Below are positions 44,769-51,898 of a DNA stretch of 51,898 nucleotides, piece by piece. Position 1 is the stretch's first letter; every line of letters starts with the position of its first letter. The notes beneath the pieces were generated by a model that was not told the DNA's origin, searched no databases, and saw only the letters and a program-made list of their open reading frames with translations. Origin of the DNA: Candidatus Zixiibacteriota bacterium (GTDB taxonomy: Bacteria > Zixibacteria > MSB-5A5 > UBA10806 > 4484-95); contig JAOZPT010000009.1 in the NCBI GenBank assembly GCA_029932605.1, forward strand, positions 1 through 51,898, given 5' to 3'. The translations under genes and the position numbers were made by a program.

Positions 44769-47114
44769 GTGGAAATTAATAGTCCACAGGGATTATTTTC
44801 AAAGAGACCCGCTTTAAGAGCTTTTGTTTTTTATTCATTGGGCATAGCTTCTGGGGTTTACGTTAAGATATTCCCTTTATCAGCCATATTCATAGCTGTC
44901 ATATTAGCTGTTACCGCTTTGATTTTTCATTATAAACAAGCGGTCAAGCACGCCACTTTGTTATTATATCTATCGCTTTTTGTTTGCGGAGTTGCCCAAT
45001 ATCAAGTTGCCACCTCAGGTTTTCCACCAACCCATATCAAGAGGATAGCCGATACTAATAGTCATGTCACTGTTGTCGGTGAGATAGTTGAGGAACCCGA
45101 TATAAGAGCTGACAGAACCTACCTTGTAGTGGAGGTTGATTCATTGACCTGGTGCAGGAGAAAGTTGAAATCATCAGGGAAGATTTTGGTAAAAATTAGG
45201 GAGCAATCGACTATATTTTCTTTTAAAGACAGAGTTAGATTTAGTGGTAATTTATTTTCTCCGGGCGGTCCCAGAAACCCCGGCGGTTTTAATTTTGCCC
45301 GGTATTTGAATATTAAAGAGATATTCGGTATGATGGTTTTATCCAGGGGGGAGGACTTATTGTTAATCGATAATCCGTATAAGTTACGGTGGACATGTAT
45401 ATTAAATGTCCCTTATGAATTTTTTGTCAACAGGTTGGTTGCACCTCTGCGACGGATTCTTCTTGATGGTTACGTAAAATATCTTCCCAAAGACCAAGCA
45501 GCGCTTTTAGCCGGATTCGTGCTTGGTGAAAGACGAAATATCCCTGATGATGTTGCCCGGCTTTTTCGTGATACCGGGACATTGCATCTGATGGCTGTAT
45601 CAGGTTCAAACGTGGCAATAATAGTGAGTTTTTTTATGTTCATATTAGTTAAGGTTAACAGGCGATTAAAGGTCGTCATAACGTTAGTAGCGGTTGTCTT
45701 TTTCAGTTTTTTAACGCGCAATGAACCGTCTGTGGTAAGAGCCTCGGTGATGGTGTCGATAGGGCTCTTAGGTCTTTATAGACAAAGGCGGCCTGACTTC
45801 CTAAGTTTTTTAGGTTTTGCTTGTTTATTGCTTTTAATTATAAAACCACTATGGCTTTTCAACGTTAGTTTTCAGCTGTCATTTGCTGCCTGTGCTGGTA
45901 TAGTATATTTTGCTCCCAAATTTGCTTCTGTTATTAAACCCGGGAAAAGTTTGGTATCAAGAATATTTTACTGGTTGTATTTGATATTTGTAACGACCTT
46001 TTCCGCTCAACTGGCTGTTTTACCCATCACGGCTGAGTATTTTCACCGTTTGCCGCTTGTAGGACTTATAGCTAACTTGCCGATGATACCGTTGGCCGGT
46101 ATATTGACGATTTCAGGCGTCGTTTTCCTTCCATTTATACTTTTGGGTGACATCGTCGCTGCGATTTTTGCTTGGCCGGTTAAGTTAGTCATGTCAATAA
46201 TAATCCCCCTTCTTGATTTTTTCGCTGGTTTGCCGATGGCTGTCATCAATGTCAGTCCTCCCGGTATTTGGAAAATAGTCCTATTTTTTGCTGTTATTTA
46301 TATCATGACCGAATTTATTTTTCGCAGGCGCTTAAGTTTCGCAGGGATATTACTAAGCATATCGTCTTTATGCATATTGGTTTGGATGTCGTATTTAAAA
46401 GGACCGCAAACTGAATCTTTAGCTTTTATAGATTGTGGTCCGGATCGTGCCATTTTGTTCAGCGGGGCTGATGGTGAAAACATTTTATGGTATGATTGTC
46501 ATGAGGAGGGCATTTGCCAGCAGCTGGAATATAACCTGATACCCTTTTTGTATAGGGTAGGTATAAATCGAATTGAGACCGTTTTTACAAATGATAAATC
46601 AAAGTTGAGCTATCTCGAGGATGAGATTTCTATTGGTAGTTTCTTGGAGCCTTCTGATCTTAAAGCTATAAAACCATCAAAAATAATGGCAACAGGCCCA
46701 TATATTTCAAGGGAATCCATTTTAAATAAAAGGGTTAAATTTGTCACGCTTGAAACCGATAATAATAAAGAATTGTTGACTGATGGGCTTTTTTTCAAGT
46801 TGAGAGCAGCAGGGTGTGAGTGTATTATTGCTGGAGGTTTATCGGCCCGATATGCAACTTCGGCTATTTCAAAAGCTTTGATATTGGAATTACCCTGGAC
46901 AGCTCAACCTTATGGGCCAGTTTTCGAAAAGTTGAAGGAACTACCTCCTGAGCTGCTTGTTTTCAGCCCTGATAAAAGCCGTTTACCGTCGGTTTGGAAT
47001 AGGCAACAATTGACATATATGAACAATAGGATATGGGCTACGAAAATATCGGGGAGTTTTCGATTCAGGTTTGAAGGTGCTAAGGTCAGTATTGATTATA
47101 TGGTTAAAAATTAA
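44769..47114 (+). CDS. comEC: DNA internalization competence protein ComEC/Rec2 with a degenerate MBL domain
   Basis: OB domain with RNPGGFNFARYL; GTLHLMAVSGSNV, PSVVRA, SFQLSF and ANL in the Competence domain; the C-terminal domain lacks HxHxDH. Confidence 0.93.
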   Translation: MEINSPQGLFSKRPALRAFVFYSLGIASGVYVKIFPLSAIFIAVILAVTALIFHYKQAVKHATLLLYLSLFVCGVAQYQVATSGFPPTHIKRIADTNSHVTVVGEIVEEPDIRADRTYLVVEVDSLTWCRRKLKSSGKILVKIREQSTIFSFKDRVRFSGNLFSPGGPRNPGGFNFARYLNIKEIFGMMVLSRGEDLLLIDNPYKLRWTCILNVPYEFFVNRLVAPLRRILLDGYVKYLPKDQAALLAGFVLGERRNIPDDVARLFRDTGTLHLMAVSGSNVAIIVSFFMFILVKVNRRLKVVITLVAVVFFSFLTRNEPSVVRASVMVSIGLLGLYRQRRPDFLSFLGFACLLLLIIKPLWLFNVSFQLSFAACAGIVYFAPKFASVIKPGKSLVSRIFYWLYLIFVTTFSAQLAVLPITAEYFHRLPLVGLIANLPMIPLAGILTISGVVFLPFILLGDIVAAIFAWPVKLVMSIIIPLLDFFAGLPMAVINVSPPGIWKIVLFFAVIYIMTEFIFRRRLSFAGILLSISSLCILVWMSYLKGPQTESLAFIDCGPDRAILFSGADGENILWYDCHEEGICQQLEYNLIPFLYRVGINRIETVFTNDKSKLSYLEDEISIGSFLEPSDLKAIKPSKIMATGPYISRESILNKRVKFVTLETDNNKELLTDGLFFKLRAAGCECIIAGGLSARYATSAISKALILELPWTAQPYGPVFEKLKELPPELLVFSPDKSRLPSVWNRQQLTYMNNRIWATKISGSFRFRFEGAKVSIDYMVKN

Positions 47115-47135
47115 TGTTGAAGGTGAAAAATCCCA

Positions 47136-48305
47136 ATGAGTTTTGCCGGAAATTTAGAAACAATATCACTACCTGATATATTCCAGCTGATTTTTTCTAC
47201 TAAGAAGACGGGACTTCTTGTTATCTCCAAGGGAGATATTAAAAAGGAAATCTATTTTAAGGATGGTTTTACAGTTTATGCCTCCTCCACAGAGGAAAGG
47301 GATTTATTCGGTAATCTACTTTTAAAAATGGGGCGGATATCAAAGGCCGAGCTTGATAAGGTGCTAAAAGAAAAAAAGGAGGGCAAGAAAATTGGCAGTA
47401 CACTGGTGGAAATGAAACTGTTTACGCGTGAAGAGATTATGGATTGCCTACGGTTACAGATCGAGGAGACAATTTATAGCTTATTTGGCTGGAAGGATGG
47501 TGAGTTTAATTTTTTTGAAGGAAAAACACCACCTCCAGGTTCTATCCAGACCGAATTAAATCCAATGAATATAATTATGGAGGGAACGCGCCGGATCGAT
47601 GAATGGGCAGAGCTTAAGAAAATTCTTCCTCCTGATGATGCTTATCTCATGTTGGAAAAAATCCCCCAGCTGAAAACCGAGGAGATCCATTTAAGCCGAA
47701 ATGATATACTGGTTATGGCCAATATAGGTTCGGGGAAAAAGATGGGTGAACTTCTTAAGGAATCTTCGCTTGATCAGTTTCTAACCTCAAAAGCGTTGGC
47801 GAAATTACTGCAGATGGGACTTGTAAAGATAGGTGAGATTGTTAAGGAGGAAAAACCAAAAGTTGATGAAACAGAAGAGTTGATTAAACTTCTGGCAGTT
47901 ATTTACAAACACAATTTTGAGATAATACTGAGCAACCTGAAGGATAAAATGGGTTCCAAAGGTGAAAAGGTATACGCTGAGACATTCCAGGAACGCAAGT
48001 TAGATTATCCACTTTTGTCTGGTTTAATAAACGGTAGGGAAGGTGAACTTTGTTATGAGCTATTTCTTAAACTAGCGAAATCCCTCCCGAAAGAAGCATG
48101 CGTACATCGCTTGATCGTAAATTTCAATGATTTATTATCTGATTATCTGATTATCATACAGAAATATCTTGGGAAAAAGATGTATAAACGGACTCTTTCA
48201 CAGATAAGAATTCAAACCCAAAACAGTATTAATAGCAAGAAACAATTAGCGCTAAAATATGGACTTGAGGACGAATTTTCAAGGGCCTTAAAGGATGTTC
48301 GTTAA
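47136..48305 (+). CDS. DUF4388 (PatA-N-like) domain protein
   Basis: GNLETISLPDIFQLI...KKTGLL...IYFKDG, LFGWKDGEFNF and MEGTRRIDEW. Confidence 0.88.
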   Translation: MSFAGNLETISLPDIFQLIFSTKKTGLLVISKGDIKKEIYFKDGFTVYASSTEERDLFGNLLLKMGRISKAELDKVLKEKKEGKKIGSTLVEMKLFTREEIMDCLRLQIEETIYSLFGWKDGEFNFFEGKTPPPGSIQTELNPMNIIMEGTRRIDEWAELKKILPPDDAYLMLEKIPQLKTEEIHLSRNDILVMANIGSGKKMGELLKESSLDQFLTSKALAKLLQMGLVKIGEIVKEEKPKVDETEELIKLLAVIYKHNFEIILSNLKDKMGSKGEKVYAETFQERKLDYPLLSGLINGREGELCYELFLKLAKSLPKEACVHRLIVNFNDLLSDYLIIIQKYLGKKMYKRTLSQIRIQTQNSINSKKQLALKYGLEDEFSRALKDVR

Positions 48306-48307
48306 TC

Positions 48308-48679
48308 ATGGGTAAAAAAGTATCTGTTCTGGTTGCATTTTTAGTGGCAACATTTTTTAATGAGGCGTTTGCTGGTGAGTTTTATAAGCTTTATCCGTTG
48401 TGGCTTGAATATGCTTACCGATTATTGGCTTTGGTATTGATATCGGCTGGTTTATTTGTGTGTTTTTCTGTTTTTAACACATTGAGGGGTGGCAAGTTTG
48501 GGTTGCCATGGGCGTTTTTGCTGATGGCTCTAGTGACCATATTTATCAGGACATTACTTGAGGTCTTAACCGTTTTCGATATTGCTTATTTTCAGGCCTA
48601 TGTTTTTGCAGGCATTTATATCTTGTTTTTCCTTTTGCTCTTGGTTGGATTTATTCTTTATAAAATTGGTTTGGAATAA
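48308..48679 (+). CDS. Small polytopic membrane protein, function unknown
   Basis: Signal-like or TM N-terminus plus three TM helices; starts 2 nt after the upstream stop. Confidence 0.75.
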   Translation: MGKKVSVLVAFLVATFFNEAFAGEFYKLYPLWLEYAYRLLALVLISAGLFVCFSVFNTLRGGKFGLPWAFLLMALVTIFIRTLLEVLTVFDIAYFQAYVFAGIYILFFLLLLVGFILYKIGLE

Positions 48680-48723
48680 GGATGGAGTGTTGATACAATG
48701 GTTTTTCTGACGATAAAGTATAA

Positions 48724-49560
48724 GTGAGAAGTGTTATGAATATTGATGTATCAGAGTTAGACGATCGGATTGCTAAGTGCCAGACGATACTTGATGCCAA
48801 TCCCAATAGCCAGATATTCGCTGCTTTAGCAGAGGCTTATAGAAAGAAAGGGATGGTCAAGAAGGCTCTTGATATCTGTCTTAAAGGGCTTGAGAAACAT
48901 CCCGATTACGGTTCAGCTTATCTTGTACTGGCAAGAGTATTTTACGATAAGGGAGATTATATTGAAGCCAACCGCCATTTGAAAAAAGCAATATCGGTCA
49001 GTGGTCGGACAAGGTCGGTGGATCTCTTTGAAGCGGAGATATTAATCAAGCTGTCCCAGCCCGGCAAAGCCAGGAATATTTTGGAAAAACTGTACAAATC
49101 TGACCCGAACAATGAGGTGATAAAAAATCTTTTGGTCTCTCTTGACCGTGAAGCAAGTCGAGCCTCGGCTATAATGGACGAAACCGAGAAATCCGAATCA
49201 TCGTTAAAGAAGACTTATACCCTATCAAATGCTTTAAGTGTGATAAAAATATTACCCCGAGTCCTCGGAGTTGTGGCTGTAGCAAGAGATGGTATTGTAG
49301 TTGAGGGGCATTTCGACGGTATGTTGTCCCATGATGAAATCGGGGCATTAGCCTCGGCGGTCTTTGACGGCATAAAACAGGGAATAGCCAAAATTGATTA
49401 TGGAAAATTATATGAAATACTTGTGGAATCGGATAAGTCCAAGCTGTGGATTATAAATCGTGTCGATTATATTATTGTTATCTTCACCCGTGATGATGTC
49501 AACATTGGCTCTTTGAGATTTAAAGTGAATGAAATTTTAAAAAAGATGAAAAATTCTTAA
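48724..49560 (+). CDS. TPR + roadblock/LC7 fusion protein
   Basis: FAALAEAYRKKG...GLEKHPDY TPR pattern; C-terminal VLGVVAVARDGIVV...GALAS roadblock; start may be 48736. Confidence 0.85.
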   Translation: MRSVMNIDVSELDDRIAKCQTILDANPNSQIFAALAEAYRKKGMVKKALDICLKGLEKHPDYGSAYLVLARVFYDKGDYIEANRHLKKAISVSGRTRSVDLFEAEILIKLSQPGKARNILEKLYKSDPNNEVIKNLLVSLDREASRASAIMDETEKSESSLKKTYTLSNALSVIKILPRVLGVVAVARDGIVVEGHFDGMLSHDEIGALASAVFDGIKQGIAKIDYGKLYEILVESDKSKLWIINRVDYIIVIFTRDDVNIGSLRFKVNEILKKMKNS

Positions 49561-49570
49561 CAGGGTAACT

Positions 49571-49972
49571 ATGCTGGCCGTTAAACAGGACAAGAAGGAA
49601 AACAAATTTCAAAATGCTCTGGAGTATCTTGGTGAATATCGAGGTGTGAAAGGAGCGGTGATTTTTGATATAGAGGGACTCGTCGTTGGTTATTTATCTC
49701 GAGATGGTTTTGATGCCGAGATATTTTCACCTTTGGTATTGTTAATGCATGATAATGTAAATGCCATTATGAAAAGGCTTGGTGAAAAACCTGCACAATC
49801 CATAGTGGTTAAAAATCCTGATAGCTGGATTACGGTTATACGTATAGGAAATCTAGTGCTGGTAGTCAATGCTGATAACAAGACTGACGAGCTATTAAAA
49901 GTCAGGATTGGTCAAGCGGTCGATATGATAGAAACACATTTGAGAGATAAATATCCTTTGCTGGTAAAATAA
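49571..49972 (+). CDS. Roadblock/LC7 domain protein (divergent)
   Basis: GVKGAVIFDIEGLVV...LGE...LVLVV...LLKVRI. Confidence 0.8.
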   Translation: MLAVKQDKKENKFQNALEYLGEYRGVKGAVIFDIEGLVVGYLSRDGFDAEIFSPLVLLMHDNVNAIMKRLGEKPAQSIVVKNPDSWITVIRIGNLVLVVNADNKTDELLKVRIGQAVDMIETHLRDKYPLLVK

Positions 49973-49984
49973 ATTGGAGGTTTT

Positions 49985-50323
49985 ATGTATAATGTTCTAA
50001 GCGACCTTAACAAGACATCTGGTGTTAGAGGGTCTATGCTTGTAGGGGCCGATGGTATTATTATTGCCGCTGACTTAGATTCGAAATTTGAGGATGAAAC
50101 TGTTGGTGCGTTATCGGCGTCGATAGTTTCCAGCGTTGGTAAAGCTATGGAGCGCCTGAAAAACGAATCCGCCAAACAGATAACCGTCGAAGCGGAATAT
50201 GGCAAATTGTTTTTAACTGATGCGGGTGTCGGTATCCTTACGGTAATTACCGAAAAAGATGTTAACATAGGACTGGTTAGGCTTGAAATTAAAAATGCTG
50301 TATCCAAAATAAGTGGACAATAG
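49985..50323 (+). CDS. Roadblock/LC7 domain protein (MglB/MglC-like)
   Basis: GVRGSMLVGADGIII...GALSA...VNIGLVRLE; GGAGG RBS. Confidence 0.9.
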   Translation: MYNVLSDLNKTSGVRGSMLVGADGIIIAADLDSKFEDETVGALSASIVSSVGKAMERLKNESAKQITVEAEYGKLFLTDAGVGILTVITEKDVNIGLVRLEIKNAVSKISGQ

Positions 50324-50333
50324 GGTATAAATA

Positions 50334-51488
50334 ATGGTATCGATAAATTATGCTTTCAAGGAGATAATCTCCAAGATCGTTTACTATGGACCCGGTCTTT
50401 CGGGGAAGACTACTAATCTTCAATATGTGTTTAATAAAGTACCTAAGGATACACGTGGTGAGATGATAAGTTTGGCTACTGATGCCGATAGGACATTGTA
50501 TTTTGATTTTCTACCGCTCAATGTTGGGAACATTGGTGGTTTTTCCACGAAGTTCCAGCTGTATACGGTCCCCGGGCAGGTTTATTACAATGCCACCAGG
50601 AAACTTGTTTTGCGGGGTGTTGATGGTCTGGTGTTTGTTGCCGATTCCCAGGTTGAGAAGATGGATGAGAATATTGAATCATTAATAAACCTTGAGGAGA
50701 ACCTGGCAGAATATGGTTACGATTTTACCGATATTCCCTTAGTGATTCAATATAATAAACGTGACCTGCCAAATATAGCCAGTATTGAACAGCTTCAGGA
50801 GTTGTTGAATTCCAGGGGGGTGCCGTATTTCGAAGCGGTGGCAACCACTGGCCAGGGTGTGTTTGCAACGTTAAAGGCAATAAGTAAGATGGTGCTGGAT
50901 AAAGCTCGAGAAAAAAGCGCGGGAAAACCAAGAAGAACTGAACCGGCAGTTGTAAGTTCGACTGTGTCGGCGGAGACTAAAGAGCGCTCAATTGCCGTAG
51001 TAACAAGAGAATCTCCAGCAAAACAGATATCGGCTGAAGAGATTAAAAAATCGCCACCGGAAAAAGAAGCTCCGTTAGAAAAACCAGCTATTGCTTCAGA
51101 ATATGACACCATGACCAACGTGGTGGTTTCAACCTCTGCGGAAGATATTGAGGAGGAAAAGGAAGAGGCTCCAAAAGAAGACCTTGAGGAAACTACTGTC
51201 CATTCAGAGTTGAAAGAAGATTCCAAAGAGGATGATATCCAGACAGATTCCAGCAACATACATCCTGATATACTTGATGGAGAGAAGATAAACTCTACGA
51301 AAACTGATGAGACTCCCAAGCAGGAAGAAAAACCGGCAAGTGGGTTTGATGAGGAAATTACTGTTGTTACTGACCCACACCAAGTTGGCCAGTTGTTGGC
51401 CAAGCCCCAGATGGCTAAGAGCAAGAAAGTGAAGGGGAAAAGGAAATTTCAATTATTTGGCTGGTTAAAGAAGAAAAATACATCATGA
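50334..51488 (+). CDS. mglA: MglA-family small Ras-like GTPase with a long C-terminal extension
   Basis: KIVYYGPGLSGKTTNL, DRTLYFDF, LYTVPGQ, QYNKRDL and EAVA in the first ~190 aa, followed by an acidic low-complexity tail. Confidence 0.93.
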   Translation: MVSINYAFKEIISKIVYYGPGLSGKTTNLQYVFNKVPKDTRGEMISLATDADRTLYFDFLPLNVGNIGGFSTKFQLYTVPGQVYYNATRKLVLRGVDGLVFVADSQVEKMDENIESLINLEENLAEYGYDFTDIPLVIQYNKRDLPNIASIEQLQELLNSRGVPYFEAVATTGQGVFATLKAISKMVLDKAREKSAGKPRRTEPAVVSSTVSAETKERSIAVVTRESPAKQISAEEIKKSPPEKEAPLEKPAIASEYDTMTNVVVSTSAEDIEEEKEEAPKEDLEETTVHSELKEDSKEDDIQTDSSNIHPDILDGEKINSTKTDETPKQEEKPASGFDEEITVVTDPHQVGQLLAKPQMAKSKKVKGKRKFQLFGWLKKKNTS

Positions 51489-51505
51489 TATAAAGGAGGC
51501 TTTAA

Positions 51506-51898
51506 GTGGCTCAGGAAAACCAGGTACTTTACGAAGAGGAGATTGAACAGATCGACCGGGTGCTTACTCGCTTGATAAAGGAAGCAGAGGCTAAGTGCGC
51601 GTTGCTGGTTGACAAGGATGGTCATTTGATCACCCGTCAGGGGTTCACGCACACTCTTGATACGACCGCCCTGGCGGCTTTATTAGCTGGTAGTTTTGCC
51701 TCGACAAGAGAGATTGCCAGACTGGTAGGAGAACCTGAATTTTCGGTTTTGTTCCACCAGGGAAAGCGTGACCATATTCATATCTCCTTAATTGGAGAGA
51801 GAACCATTTTAGTGGTGATTTTTGACGACCGCACTACTATAGGAATGGTCAGACTTTACGCCAAAGAAGTTAGCGAGGAGCTGCTTGAATTTTTAAGA
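51506..51898 (+). CDS. mglB: MglB (GAP for MglA), truncated by the window end; not in the ORF track
   Basis: AAGGAGG RBS and GTG start; open for 131 codons: MAQENQVLYEEEIEQIDRVL...LLVDKDGHLI...LDTTALAAL...LVGEPEF...FHQG...LVVIFDDRTTIGMVRL, closely following the Myxococcus MglB pattern. Confidence 0.92.
   Translation, partial: MAQENQVLYEEEIEQIDRVLTRLIKEAEAKCALLVDKDGHLITRQGFTHTLDTTALAALLAGSFASTREIARLVGEPEFSVLFHQGKRDHIHISLIGERTILVVIFDDRTTIGMVRLYAKEVSEELLEFLR

Noticed and set aside
48690..48716. Possible sigma28 promoter (GACGATAA) before the TPR-roadblock gene
   Set aside because: One mismatch in the -10 and no TAAA-like -35 at the correct spacing
50795..51424. 209-aa minus-strand ORF
   Set aside because: Ser/Phe-rich antisense shadow of the Glu/Lys-rich MglA tail, with no recognisable motif
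221..51652. Numerous 60-130 aa ORFs nested in or antisense to the main genes
   Set aside because: Largely or fully overlap well-supported genes and lack RBS or motifs; treated as shadow ORFs

Overview
AT-rich chromosomal window, almost entirely + strand, from a diderm (LPS-making) bacterium. The YPNPFN/FlgD-type C-terminal domains and a Cys-flanked dockerin-like domain suggest the FCB superphylum, most likely Ca. Zixibacteria (inference). In order it holds: argF; a catalytically degenerate RNase HI-like gene behind a sigma54 promoter; two secreted proteases (S8, M30-like); an XRE regulator divergent from an FG-GAP/PQQ-repeat dockerin protein; a very long LptD; HU; a DUF401 membrane protein; an ECF sigma / zinc anti-sigma / HtrA-like operon whose protease lacks the catalytic His and Asp; a one-locus type IVa pilus cluster (pilA, pilT, two minor pilins, a ComZ/PilX-like large pilin, pilMNOPQ, a 916-aa Ig-repeat lipoprotein, pilB, pilC); tamB-tamA; a C26 amidotransferase; iscS-mnmA; an MBL hydrolase; an MA metallopeptidase; a lipid A acyltransferase; and ComEC with a degenerate nuclease domain. 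It ends in an expanded Myxococcus-type polarity locus: DUF4388 protein, small membrane protein, TPR-roadblock fusion, two roadblocks, an MglA GTPase with a ~190-aa acidic tail and basic amphipathic end, and a canonical MglB cut by the window edge. The best candidate for an undescribed system is this tail-anchored MglA / four-roadblock module with the neighbouring ComZ- and Ig-lipoprotein-equipped pilus and ComEC. No rRNA, tRNA, CRISPR array or transposase was seen. All family calls come from motif recognition by eye; no searches were run.
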